A DNA stretch of 64,000 bases from positions 41,292,001 to 41,356,000 of the forward strand of contig JBNRSN020000025.1 of assembly GCA_051313645.2 (NCBI GenBank), read 5' to 3'. The notes under the pieces are model-generated. The model did not search any database, was not told where the DNA came from, and worked only from the letters and a program-made list of their open reading frames with translations. Origin of the DNA: Centroscyllium fabricii. Taxonomy: Eukaryota. The translations under genes and the position numbers were made by a program. Shown piece by piece: positions 48,801 to 60,472 of the stretch (position 1 is its first letter; each line of letters begins with the position of its first letter).

Positions 48801-51800
48801 TGAGAAACACTCCCCGGGGCCCGGGTAGAACACTCCCCGGGGCCCGGAGCAGAACACTCCCCGGGGCCCGGAGCAGAACACTCCCCGGGGCCCGGAGCAG
48901 AACACTCCCCGGGGCCCGGAGCAGAACACTCCCCGGGGCCCGGAGCAGAACACTCCCCGGGGCCCGGAGCAGAACACTCCCCGGGGCCCGGAGCAGAACA
49001 CTCCCCGGGGCCCGGAGCAGAACACTCCCCGGGGCCCGGAGCAGAACACTCCCCGGGGCCCGGAGCAGAACACTCCCCGGGGCCCGGAGCAGAACACTCC
49101 CCGGGGCCCGGAGCGCGCGGGTAGAACACTCCCCGGGGCCCGGAGCGCGCGGGTAGAACACTCCCCGGGGCCCGGAGCGCGCGGTAGAACACTAAAAAGC
49201 AGAAACCCAAACGCCCGACGCCTTTGGTGCTCGCCCACCCTTCACGGGAAACGGTGGCGCCGCCGAGCGGCTGCTCTGCAAACTGAAGACCGCCGGTTTC
49301 GATTCGTGCCGAACCACTGAAGGTGCCGGACCATCAGGTGCCAGATTACCGGTGCTCAACCTGTATACAAATTTAGAGAGGATAAAACCGGGGGTCCGAA
49401 TGGATTGCATCTGCACATGCTCGCACGAAGGAAGAGCTAGCAGAGGCACTAGTTCAGTGGACTACCGGACAGCTAATGTTATTCCTATTTTCAGAAAAGG
49501 CGATAGAACAAATCTAAGGAACTATAGACCAGTTAGCTTGACGTCTGTGGTAAGAAAGATGTTAACAACGAGAAACCAAAAATGTAATAATCAATAGTCA
49601 GCATGGATTTCAGAAGAGACGGTCATGCTTAACCAACCTTATTGAATTCAAGTAACAGAGAGTAGACCACGGTAATGTAATATACATAGACTTTCAAAAG
49701 GCCTTTGATGAGGTACCGCATAGTAGACTTGTGACTAAAGTCAGAGCATGTGGAGTCGGGACAAGTAGCAGAATGGATAGCAAACTGGCTACAGAACAGT
49801 AGGGGTTGAAGACAGGTACTCAGACTGACAGAATGTGGGTAATGGTGTTCCTCAAGGGTCGGTGTTGGGACCACTGTTGTTCACTGTTTACATAAATGAT
49901 TTGGACTTGGGAATCGAAGTACAATATCAAAATTTGCGAATGACACCAAATTGGGTGTTACAGTTAATACTAAAGAAGACTGCGCCAAAATACAAGAAGG
50001 CATTAACAAACTTGAAGAGTGTGTAAGTGACAAATTAATTTCAATACAGATAAATGTGAAGGTGGTGCCTTTTGGTAGGGATAAAGAGGGTACATACTCC
50101 TTGGAGGATGAGCCTAAATGGGGTAGAGACGCAAAGGGATCTTGGGGTACAGATTCACAAATCAGTAAAAGTAACAACATAGGTTCACAAAGCCATAAGC
50201 ATGCAAACAAAGGGGTTCCTTTCTAGAGCAATAATATGCAAATGCTGAGAAGTTATTTTAATCTTGTATAGAACCTTGGTTAGACCACACGTGGAGTACT
50301 GTGCGCGGTTCTGGTCTCCATATTACAAAAAGGATAAAGAAGCACTGGAGAAAATGCAAAAAAGATTTACAAAGATGATATCCAACCTGGGAGGGTATAA
50401 CTATCAGGAAAGACTGAACAGGCTGGGGTTTGCTCCTGAGATTGAGAGGTGACCTGATAGCGGTCTGGGGTTCAATAGGGTAGAAGTAGAGAAGATGTTT
50501 CTACTTATGGGGGAGTCCAAAACGAGAGCCATAAATATAAGATAGTCACGAATAGATCCAGTAAGGAAGTCAGGAGATTTTCTTTACTCACTTTACTGGG
50601 GAGAATGTGGAACTTGCTACCACATGGAGTGGTTCAATTCAATTCAATTCAAGTTTTATTGTCATTGCAGAGTACTAGTACAATACAACGAGACGAAGAC
50701 TCGACTCTCCCGAGAGTAGTGCAAACAAAATAAATAAATTACATGAAAATTGCATACAGTAAAGTTCATTATCAGGCGTGCAGGTACCGGAGTTTCTTTT
50801 TAGAGTTCAGGAGGCTGACAGCCCTGGGGAAGAAGCTGTTCTGAAATCTAGTCGTGCGGGTGCAAATTGCTCTGTAGCGTCTCCCGGAGGGCAGAGGGGC
50901 GAACAGACTGTGGCTGGGGTGTGTGGGGTCTTTAATAATGTTCATAGACCTCCTTTGAGGTGACTAACATAGATGCATTGAAGAGGAAGCAAGAGAGGAA
51001 TAGAAGGATATGTTCATGGCGTGAGATGAAGTATGGCGAGAGGAGGTGCATGTGGAGCACAAACGCCAGCATAGGCCTGTTTCTGCAGTGTAAAATTCGA
51101 TGCAGTGTTGACTAACCCCATTACAGGTTGAACACCGTTAATCCGTTACCTGAAAAACCGGCAACTTCAAACGTCCGGCAATGATTTCCCCGACTGCCCT
51201 GCGCATGCGCAAAATGGCCGCCGTGATTGATGCTTTGGTGAATGATCTGCGCGTGCGCCGCCGAACGGCGAGCGCATGCGCAGACCATTCACAATGGCCT
51301 CTCTGAGCCAGGCCTCCCCGGGCCGGTCCCCTCCGGGTGTCCCCGAGCCGGTCCCCTCCGGGTCTCCCCGGGACGGGCCCCTCCGAGCCGATCCTGGGAC
51401 GGGCCTCCCCGAACGATAAGCGCGTGCGCAGACCACTCAAAATGGCCGCCAGCCTTTCGCGGTGGCCATTTTGAATGGTCTGCGCATGCGCTCGTTGAAG
51501 CTTTAATCGTTCAAAATTTTCGCTTTCCTGGCACGGGCCTGGTTCCGCCCATGCCGGATTAACGGTGCTCAACCTGTACCTTGGTGAGGGATACTGTTTA
51601 TATGACAATTGATGATTGCCATCTTTACCCAGGTTTATCAGCAGAGAATCTACAGCTGGCTTTGTCTTTGTATAAAATGTACAAGATTGAGGATGTGGAC
51701 TTGCAATACATGGCTACAGGCACACAAAGCACAAATGTGTTTGGTCATCATTTCCACCCTCTTTGAAGTATGTTATAGAAAGAATGGTAGCATTTTCCTG

Positions 51801-54800
51801 AAATGACCTTGTGGGTCACTGATCTGAAATGGGGCAGCAGTTGGGGGGTCCACAATTGGCCTCAGTGACCTTGCACTTGGGAGTCGGATGAGAGAAATCG
51901 GTCTGGATTAGGGCTTTAGATCATTTATCATCTGACTTCTGCTGGAATGTGTGGAACAACAGTGATGATGGGATTAGGCTCAGGTGCAATGGTTCTTAAT
52001 GTTGTTATTGCCTTTGATACGCGCAGGTGAAGGATGGCTGCCAGCGTTTGGTTGCAACACACCAGCACTTATCACCACCTTCAAGGGAGGGAGAGGTTGA
52101 AAAATCAGATGGAATATTGTTTTTGCTCAATCTGACTATTTCACCACAGGGAAAATTGAGGCAAATAGATAGCATTTTTTTCCAAATTGGCAAGTTGGAC
52201 GCTGTTCTATTGGAAGTTTTTTCTAGAGCGCTGGGGCTGTTTCAAGTTGGGATGTGAATATTTTGTTCCGGTGAATTATCTGTCTTATGATGGTGCATTC
52301 TCCTTCACTGGTGAAGGTCAGGATATGGAGGGGATAGTGCAACTCCTCACAAAAATTGTCTTCTGCCGTACCCATCTTCACTGGAAGGCAAATGTCAGCT
52401 TAGCTCAATTTATAGCAGTTGTCCTTCTGAGTCGGAAGGTTGTGCTACACCTTTCAGGATTTGAGCATGTAACCTGGGCTCACTATTGAGTAAAGTATTT
52501 GGGGAGTGCTGGATTGGTGGCCGTGTTGTCTTTTGGACGTGAAACCAACTTTTCAGGTGGACATGAAGAATCTCATGGCACTATTCAAAGAGCAGGGAGT
52601 TCTTTCATTGTCTTCGCCACCCCGGGGAGGCGGTAGTGTAGTGGTTATGTCACTAGACTAGTAAGCCAGAGGCTCAGTCAAATGCTCTGAGGATATGGGT
52701 TCAAATCCCACCACGGCAGCTGGTGGAATGTAAATTCAATTCAGTTTAATTCTGGAATTAAATGTTAGTCTTGGTAATGGCGACCATGATACCATTGTCG
52801 ATTGTTGCAAAAACCCATCTGGTTCACTAATGTCCTTTAGGGAAGGAAATCTGCCGTCCTTACCTGGTCTGGCCTACATGTGACTCCAGACCCACAGCAA
52901 TGTGGTTGACTCTTAAAGCCTTCTGAAATGGCCTAGCAAGCCACTCAGTTGTAAACAACCGCTACGCAACATTGTGGGTGTACCTACACCATATGGACTG
53001 CAGCGGTTCAAGAAGGTGGCTCACCACCATCTTCTCAAGGGCAATTAGGGATGGGCACTAAATGCAGGCCTAGCCAGCCAGCGACACCCACATCCCATCA
53101 ACGAATAAAAATAAAAGAATAAAAAAATTTAAAAAAAAACTTCCCCTGCAACCGAAAACATACTAACCGAGCATTTATTGCATTTGCTGATTGTGGAACT
53201 TGTGCGATTAGCCTGTGCAAATTGGCTGGCACTATCACCCAAGGTCTCCCGACACTTAAAATGTAATTGAGTGTGTGTAAAATGATTGGAAAGTCCTAAG
53301 TGATGAGACACTGTATAAATGCAACTCCTTTCTTTTTGGAGGAATGTGCTTTCTTTAAAAAAATTAATTCATGAGATGTGGGTGTCACTGGCAAGGCCAG
53401 CATTTATTGCCCATTCCTAATTGCCCTCGAGAAGGTGGTGGTGAGCTGCTGCCTTGAACCACTGCAGCCCGTGAGGTGAAGGTACCCCCACTGTGCTGTT
53501 ACTGAGGGAGTTCCAGGATTTTCACCCAGTGACGATGAAGGAACAGCGATATATTTCCAAGTCAGGATGGTGTGTGACTTGGAGGGGATCTTGCAGGTGC
53601 ACTGAGCAGCAGACTATGGATCTTGTGGTGTAGGGGGTGGTGCAAGGCCCATTGTGGAACTGGTATTTATCAGCACAAGGATAAATTAGCTCAGAAGAAT
53701 CAAATTTTTGAACTAACATGGCAGTCAGTGACCTAGGGAGGTAATTCACGCATCCTTACTCATTGTGCGCTGGGCCAGGCTCGCGCTCTCTTGGGCACGA
53801 TGTGAAACTGGATGGCAAAACATGGCAGCCTTAGTATTGACAATAGTTGAAAGCTAGACGTTCCAACCTGAGAAAAGTCATGAAAGCAAGGTCATATTTT
53901 TAGATTTAAAAAAAAAACGACATTTCTGGAATCAAAAAATGTGCTGGTGATTTCTGATCCTGATCATTATCCAGTAATCATCTCCACGCCTGCTGAGTCA
54001 GTGCTTTTCAAACTTGAAAGCCTGCCGATAACGACGGACTCCTGTCCTCACTTCCAAAAGATAGCCCACTATCCAAAAGAAAATAGTGCTGTACAATTAC
54101 ATAAATTATTATTGGTATACAGCATCAGAAATAATGTGCAGGTTGAGCCCCGGTAATCCGGCACCCTCGGGACCGGGCGGTGCCGGACCGCTGAAAATTC
54201 CGAACCACTGAAGGTTGAAGAAGGGATCGAAACCTTACTGATTACCAGAGCTATCTTCTACTTCAGAGTGAGGGAATGGCCGAGATAATTGATGGGGCTG
54301 AATTTGTGGTCAGAGGCTTCCCGCGGGGAAACGCCACCGATCCACAAATAAATTGCCCGCCTACCTGGTGGTCCAGGAGGTACGGAGATTCGCGGTCCTG
54401 GGACTCTCCGGGTGCCGGCGGGTAGAGGCCCACGTATCCCGGGGTGCAGGCAGTTCGCGAGCGTCCCTGGGATCACGTGGGCCGGCCTAACGAATGAGAG
54501 AAGGGAATCCCCATTCATTCTTATCTGTATTGCGTATGTATGGAAACCCCATAAGTATTAATTGGAAGACCCCAGAAAATACACCTATACATCAAATAAA
54601 TAAAAATAATCACATTTAAAATTTATTAAAATGGCATTTAATTAAATATTTAAAACAAAAATTTTATTTTTTGAAAAATAGATTTACATGCTTTTCAGTG
54701 GGAAATGGTGGCACCGCCAAGCGGCTGCTCCGCAAACTAAAGACCGCCGGTTTCAATTCGGGCCGGACCACTGAAGGTGCTGGACCATCGGGTGCCGGAT

Positions 54801-57800
54801 TACCGGTGCTCAACCTGTATTAGTAAATCGACAAATGCAGAAATGTGGACATAAATCTGCGGATCTTGTTGATCTCCTGGGATCCCAGGTTGAAATTGTG
54901 TGCTATAAATTAACCAGGAGAGCTGGACTTGGCTGTTGGATTTTGTTATGGGGATGGGCTGGGGGGTGAAGGAAGGTAGGGGGAACAGCCTGCTTAGATT
55001 TGCTGCTAGACTCTCACATTATGAATGACCATCGTACCAATGCTCATAGAACGTGCCACATTATACTTCCAGTGGCTTTAGAGGATGAGGTTGGGGTGAG
55101 AAATTGAAAGGAGAAGGAAAAGATGTGGAGATTATGCAACCAAAGAGCTAGATTACTTTGTGCTGAAGTATTTTGGTAAATGCAGCACGCTGGCCTGAGG
55201 TGGGTTATCTCTTGTCCTTTTGGGATAGAAGTGTATTGCTGCAGATGTGAGTTGCTGAATGGTGATGTCCAAATAAGGAGTGTGTCCTACATAGTATTGT
55301 GGCGTTGCCACATTGGGGAAGCACTGTGTGTACGTAGATAAACCTGTATAATCCCCTTTTTAACTGCTGTATTCCCCTCCCCCCCCCCCCCCCCCCCCCC
55401 CCCCCCCGCAAGACAGTTGCAAGCTGAGAGGAATAGGGCATGTTCAGACTTGCCTGCTGCCGAGAGAAGGAAAACCAATCAGGTTCCAGCAGGTGACCAA
55501 CCCGTGAATCATCACAGGTTCGCGGGCTTTACGAATTCAGTACTGTATTGTGAGAGTTGGAGTAAAGACCTATTTCTTGTAGCTCGCTGTGTTGACTATT
55601 TCTTTACGCGGGAGACCATAGCCTCCCACAGTATATTATATATTACTGGTGAAGGCAGTTATTTGGAATGTAGTCGCCCAGCAATTGAAAATCGCTTAAT
55701 TGACGAGTCAGAATGTCTGTACCAGCAGAGAACTACTTTTAACCTCAAAGTTTCACTAAAGTTTGCAACTAGTTATAGCAAGTTGTTTGATTGCTTATGA
55801 TTCCACACTTCCCTTCCTTTCCCCCCCCCTCCCCCCCCCCCCCCCCCCTCTCTGCTGCCCCCGCCCATCTCTGCTGCCTAGCAGTTAATTGCTGCTACCA
55901 ATAAATGGGATAATCATTTTGTAACCAGGTGATCACATGGTTTTGTGTGGGGTGGGGGGAGTATGTATAATGTGATTCACTAGCTTTTGCAGTTGTGTGG
56001 GACAGGCTGGATGGATCAGTGTCTTTTCCTGTTCGTCATTGTTTGTAATCATGAAAATGAAGAAATGGCAGTAATTTGAGGTTGGAGGTCTCGAACCTGG
56101 CATTTCCCTTGGATTTTGGAAAGTTGGAACAGATGGATTATAGTGCTCATTGACAGGCTCAGCACAGACCAGGGACTTTCTGAATCTGCCGCAACACCAA
56201 TATTCTGTAAATTTACTCCCTAACCATTTGGAGAGGCCTGGCATTTTTGATATGGCAGTTTTTTTTTATTCAGCCCCTTTGTCCACCTAGCCCGACGAGA
56301 AGGGTGGGGGCACAACCTGCTGGTGGGCAGCCACCAGTGCACTGTGTCACCTCTTCCCTGCTGAGCATTACCACATCCTTTGTACCTTAGCACAACTTGC
56401 ATTCAAGTTCCACCACAATCAGTTCTTGATCTGTGTATGCTGCCCCTCCTTTTTGTGTTTGACAAAGCATTTGGGAGGGGCATTTCCAGAAAGTCTGTCC
56501 TAATGCTGTTTTATATTTAAACAGGAAATCAAAGCTGACGCCTAAAGTTCCCATCGTCATACAGGATGACCTCCACCCAACGACCTGCACTCCACAGATC
56601 CGCATTCTAAAGAGACCGACAAGTAACGGGGTGGTCAGCACGCCGCATTCTGCTACGAGACCTCCTCCACAAGTCAAGTCACTGGCCCAGAGAGAAGCTG
56701 AATACGCAGAGGCACGGAAACGGATCCTGGGAAGCGCAAGTCCTGAAGAAGAGGATAAAACCAATCCCGAGAGGTAAGTGACAGGGCATGGGGAGCATCC
56801 TTTACCCAGTGGCTAAAACTCCAAAGTTCTGTGGTGTGCTTTTGATCCATTTACAGTCAACCAGCCGTTTAGTCATTCACTGGGATACAGGTCTATTAAT
56901 GTAGCACCAAACTGTACCTGTCATGCTTTGCTGTTGTGTTGCACGATGCGAGTTTGTGCTTCCACATACCCAGAGGGAATTCTTGAATTCCATCTGGCAG
57001 GGCTGCTGAACTGAGATGAGATATGGGACCGAGAGAGATGTCCTCCACGTGTCACTGCTCCTAGACTGGCCAAAATTTACCACTGGCTAGTATAACATGT
57101 CAAGCCATCAAACAGTGACTGGTGCTGCATTTGATTGTACATGGCTGTAGCTAAACTAGGGTATGAAGACCAGAAACACACGAGGTCATTCTTCAACAGT
57201 TTTTGCTTGCTTGTGTCAACCATTCCCGTGTCTGAGAAAGACACTAATTGAATTCTTTAGTGACGAGGCATCCATAGTGTTGAGACACCTTTCTTTGACT
57301 TTATGATCAGACTTTGGTGCCATTCCAATTGTACTGGTTGGTGACGAGCTTGTCGGTATAGAGACGGTTCTGGGACACATACGGATTCTGATAAGAAATG
57401 CAGCCTGATTGTGACTCTGCTGCTCACACTTTTCCAAGATCTTCCTTCATCCGAGGAAAAAGGTCAGCGTTCAGAAATATTTGTTATCGGCTCCCCCAAT
57501 GGATAAATCCCTTGTCTCCTGAAGCCATGGACTCTTGCTGGGGTATGCCCATGAGCACTGGGGGACTCCCTGGTGCTTTTACAAGTAGCTGTGCTGGAAC
57601 TGCTAACTGTGAGCTCAGTGAGGTGAATTGGTTTACTTCAGACACTCATATGGTCACTAAGCCATGCTCGGTTTGGCTAGTTCCTCCCTACATGATTTGA
57701 GAATTACACCTGTGACAGGCAATCGCTACCCCCATCTTTTTATCCCAACACCTTTATGAATCGGAAATGCGGTACCAATTGTGCGTGTAGAAGGTAGAAG

Positions 57801-60472
57801 AGGCTTGTGTTGACAGAACTAGGTCAGTTTGTAAAGTTGGGTGATTGTTCCTTTTCCAAGACCCAAACACCAGTGTGTACTACGTGCAAATGGGAACTGA
57901 CTAAATGATGAAGTAAATGCATTTTCCATTATCTGCTTGAGCATAGAAACTCTATATTGAAAGCTGTTCTGCTAGGCCTAGGGATATATCTTCAATTCAA
58001 TTAAAGTTTTATTGTCATTGCAGAGTACTAGTACAATACAACGAGACGAAGACTCGACTCTCCCGAGAGTAGTGCAAATAAAATAAATAAATTACATGCA
58101 AATTGCATACAGTAAAGTACATTATCAGGCGTGCAGGTACCGGAGTTTCTTTTTAGAGTTCAGGAGGCTGACAGCCCTGGGGAAGAAGCTGTTCTGAAAT
58201 CTAGTCGTGCGGGTGCAAATTGCTCTGTAGCGTCTCCCGGAGGGCAGGGGGGCGAACAGGCTGGGGTGTGTGGGGTCTTTAATAATGTTCATAGACCTCG
58301 GTAAGCAGCGTTTGAGGTAGATGCTTTCCATTGACGGTAGCTGTGTACCGGTAATTCGTTGGGCAGTTTTGACTACCCGCTGCAGGGTTTTCCGGTCCGA
58401 GATAGTGCAATTACCATACCAGACAGTGATGCAGCTTGTCAGTATGCTTTCTATTGTGCAGCGGTAGAAGTTGGAGAGGATGCCGGATGACAGCCTGGCT
58501 TTCTTCAGCTTCCTTAGGAAGTACAGGCGCTGTTGGGCCTTCTTAACCAGAGAGGAGGTGTTTAGTGACCAGGAGAGATCTTCCGAGATGTGGACCCCGA
58601 GGAACTTGAAGCTGGACACCCTTTCCACCTCAGCCCCTTTAAATAGACAGACAGGCTGTTCTTGTCTGGTTTCTTCCAGACCGAGACCACACTTGCGTAC
58701 TGCTAGATCAGACTTCTTTGGTATGTGGGAGATAGTTTGTCTGAAGAATGAGGAAGACCCTTCAAGATGGGTGTCTTCCTGTTTTTCATCTTTTCCCTGG
58801 TACAGAATTGCGCTTGTTTTTTTTTTAAACCATCTTGTCGGATAAATGTGATCTACAGCATTGAGCGAAAGGTTTGCGGCCTGTTCTCTAGGGGTTTGCT
58901 CTGTTTTAGCACAAACAATTTAAAAGGAAGATGAAGCTCGGGATTGCCCTGAAAACAGATTACGCTAATGTAAATTTTCACGCATGCTTCAGGAGGTTGT
59001 CTGTGCTGATGTTTCATCAAAAGTGCCTCACTCTGTTGTATTTATAGTAAACATTTCAAAAACATCTTCCTGTTCCACGATTTGATAAGGAAGCTCCACA
59101 GAGAAGCTTTATCTAGATTTTTGGGAGAGGGAAAATGTCTTTCAACTCATCTACATAGCTACAGTGGAATTATAAAGCCGGTTGACGTTCCATTTGGACA
59201 CTGTCGAAACTATTGGTTAGAGTCCAGGTTGGACACTTCAAATAATTATTTGCATTTGTTAAGAACATAAGAAATAGGAGCAGGAGTCGGCCAATCGGCC
59301 CCTCGAGCCCGCTCCGCCATTCAATAAGATCACGGCTGATCTGATCTTAGTCTCAACTCTACTTTCACTTTCCATCCCACCCGAAACCATGTGATCTCCC
59401 GGGAGAGGCGAAAAACCAGATTTTTAAAAAAACCAGGCCAATTTGGGGGGAAAATCTGGGAAATTCCTCTCCGACCCATCTAGGCGATCGAAACTCGTCC
59501 AGGGGATCACTCTGGCCCTGAATTTCCTGCAGTACCTACCTTCTGTAAGAGGCGATCTCCACCCCAGCCTCCGGAACAGGCCCCATTTTCTCTTGAAGGA
59601 ATCCAGCGAATCAGCACGCACTGCCCCAGCTGGCAGCCTGTTCCCGAGGTCTCCACTACTCCCTGTGAAAGGAACCATCTCCTGACATCTATTATAGAAT
59701 TAGAACACAAGAAATAGGAGCAGGACCAGGCCACGCGGCCCCCGGGCCCACTCCGCCACCCACAGGACCATGGCCGATCCGAACCTAGACTCACGTTTAC
59801 TTCCCTGCCCGCTCCCCGTAACTTCTAGTTCCCTTTAAACTGTGTCTCTCTGTTTTAAATTTATTTCATGTTACAGCTTCCACAGCTCTCTCGGGTAGCA
59901 AATTCCACAGATTTACCACCCTCTGAGTGAAGAAATTTCTCCTCATCTCAGTTTTGAAAGGGCAGCCCCTTATTCTAAGATTATGCCCTCTAGTTCTAGT
60001 CTCGCCCATCAGTGGAAACATCCTCACCGCATCCACCCGATCAAGCCCCCTCACAATCTTGTATGTTTTAATAAAATCGCCTCTCATTCTTCTGAACTCC
60101 AATGAGTAATCTGTATTGTTGTCACACTTGGTGTGCTAGATCATAGCCATGGAACAGCATGCTTAAAGCATTCAGATACATAACTTCTGACCCTCAATCC
60201 TTTTGGGATAAATATCACCTCTCAACCTGAATCTTAAATATTGAAAATGGCAATCTGGCCTACTTATTTCAGAATCCTAGTTGTAACAGTATGCATGAGT
60301 AAGAACTTGACATTCACAGCACTAACCTGACACACTCTCTTGCCAAAGCTACTTGTCTTTATGTTTCAGGCCAACCAGGATCACCCAGCTGGAGGAGACC
60401 AGGCAGCAGAGCTGTGTAATTCGGCAGCCCCTGGGCCCTGATGGTACACAAGGCTTCAAACAGCGCAGATAA
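36786..60472 (+). CDS. SZRD1: SZRD1, SUZ RNA-binding domain containing 1; 4 coding exons, 453 nt, 150 aa
   Basis: [17 protein letters not shown] / [16 protein letters not shown] / PQIRILKRP...[20 protein letters not shown] / [18 protein letters not shown], containing the SUZ and SUZ-C motifs. Confidence 0.95.
37574..37972 (+). mobile_element. V-SINE (HE1-like), full length
   Basis: Same structure as 27466-27860. Confidence 0.85.
38936..39482 (+). mobile_element. CR1-clade LINE 3' end
   Basis: ORF 38938-39390 [26 protein letters not shown]...; tail shared with the SINE. Confidence 0.9.
39922..40367 (+). mobile_element. CR1-clade LINE 3' end with structured module
   Basis: [25 protein letters not shown]; module at 40156-40279; TTCTTATG tail. 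Confidence 0.8.
40838..41112 (-). mobile_element. V-SINE (HE1-like), short-tail subfamily
   Basis: Same as 30742-31046 with an internal deletion. Confidence 0.8.
42012..42553 (+). mobile_element. CR1-clade LINE 3' end without the module, inserted in a DeuSINE-like copy
   Basis: ORF 42192-42470 [29 protein letters not shown]. Confidence 0.85.
43330..43550 (+). mobile_element. Possible degenerate RTE-type LINE 5' fragment
   Basis: [13 protein letters not shown] resembles the APE endonuclease N-terminal TWNVRTL motif. Confidence 0.35.
43805..44231 (+). mobile_element. V-SINE (HE1-like), full length with a short internal duplication
   Basis: Same structure; TAGGGGGATTGAATATGTGGGGT is duplicated. 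Confidence 0.85.
44918..45303 (-). mobile_element. V-SINE (HE1-like), full length
   Basis: Reverse complement of the same family. Confidence 0.85.
45514..45563 (+). CDS. SZRD1: SZRD1 coding exon 2
   Basis: TTTCTTACAG acceptor; [16 protein letters not shown]; donor GTAAGA; 50 nt. Confidence 0.93.
45973..46828 (+). mobile_element. Tigger/pogo-like MITE family B, copy 2 (30-bp minisatellite; right TIR partly deleted)
   Basis: TA + CAGGTTGGGCACCGGTAA start; arms shared with the other B copies; ~19-20 units of CCGCGCGCTCCGGCCCCGTGGGGTGCTGTG. Confidence 0.8.
46110..46705. repeat. GC-rich 30-bp minisatellite inside MITE B copy 2
   Basis: ~19-20 tandem units. Confidence 0.95.
47270..48201. mobile_element. 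Penelope-like retroelement remnant with inverted pseudo-LTRs
   Basis: ~315-bp inverted repeats (47311-47625 / 47885-48204) around a minus-strand GIY-YIG C-terminal fragment ([44 protein letters not shown]); flanking TACATAACATA direct repeat. Confidence 0.75.
48119..48155 (+). ncRNA. Minimal type I hammerhead ribozyme motif in a Penelope pLTR
   Basis: UCAC-CUGACGA-A-GGGGC(AGU)GCUCU-GAAA-GUUA-GUGA; counterpart in the inverted arm at 47358-47392. Confidence 0.55.
48504..49363 (-). mobile_element. Tigger/pogo-like MITE family B, copy 3 (24/32-bp minisatellite + ~220-bp unique insert)
   Basis: TA TSD, TIRs, shared arms; interrupts an old CR1 ORF2. Confidence 0.85.
48805..49192. repeat. GC-rich 24-bp (plus 32-bp) minisatellite inside MITE B copy 3
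   Basis: Unit GCAGAACACTCCCCGGGGCCCGGA x~11, then 32-bp units. Confidence 0.95.
51124..51576 (-). mobile_element. Tigger/pogo-like MITE family A, copy 2
   Basis: TA TSD, same TIR and hairpins, opposite orientation. Confidence 0.85.
52625..53130 (+). mobile_element. tRNA-headed SINE with a distinct central domain and a LINE-derived tail
   Basis: A/B boxes (GTAGTGGTT...GGTTCAAATCCC); core GGTTCACTAATGTCCTTTAGGGAAGGAAATCTGCCG; tail shared with the LINE end at 53350-53600 (-); partial copy at 6850-7010 (-). Confidence 0.6.
54139..54817 (-). mobile_element. Tigger/pogo-like MITE family B, copy 4 (~480-bp unrelated cargo)
   Basis: TIRs CAGGTTGAGCCCCGGTAATCCGGCAC / GTGCCGGATTACCGGTGCTCAACCTG; flanks TG/TA; no minisatellite. 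Confidence 0.8.
55378..55407. repeat. Poly-C tract
   Basis: ~29 C; other G/C runs at ~13764, 19086 and 55821. Confidence 0.9.
56525..56773 (+). CDS. SZRD1: SZRD1 coding exon 3 (SUZ domain)
   Basis: [15 protein letters not shown]...[12 protein letters not shown]...[22 protein letters not shown]; donor GTAAGT; 249 nt. Confidence 0.95.
57991..58637 (-). mobile_element. Rex1/Babar-like LINE 3' end
   Basis: Open ORF 58125-58628, same family as 19778-20400; further tails at 29941-30063 (+) and 50633-50960 (-). Confidence 0.8.
59262..60110 (-). mobile_element. Composite CR1 3' region with two tandem tails
   Basis: ORF 59866-60102; tail at 59705-59800, then a second CR1-like C-terminal segment, the module (59391-59510) and a second tail. 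Confidence 0.75.
60370..60472 (+). CDS. SZRD1: SZRD1 last coding exon (SUZ-C)
   Basis: TTTCAG acceptor; [34 protein letters not shown], then TAA. Confidence 0.95.

Larger units (their letters stand above)
48385..51110 (+). mobile_element. Old degenerate CR1 LINE interrupted by MITE B copy 3 and a Rex1 tail
   Basis: [38 protein letters not shown] and [13 protein letters not shown] fragments. Confidence 0.75.

Noticed and set aside
48386-49238. 274-aa and 200-aa ORFs as a possible transposase
   Set aside because: Mostly 24-bp repeat translation; no HTH or DDE motifs are recognisable in the unique part.
54211-54236. TTGAAGAAGGGATCGAAAC resembling a hammerhead core
   Set aside because: No stem II can form and the core C is missing.
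58125-58628. 167-aa ORF that could be annotated as a host gene (DUF1891/ALKBH8 N-terminal-like)
   Set aside because: C-terminal part of a Rex1/Babar-like LINE ORF present in several copies with (TTGAA)n tails.
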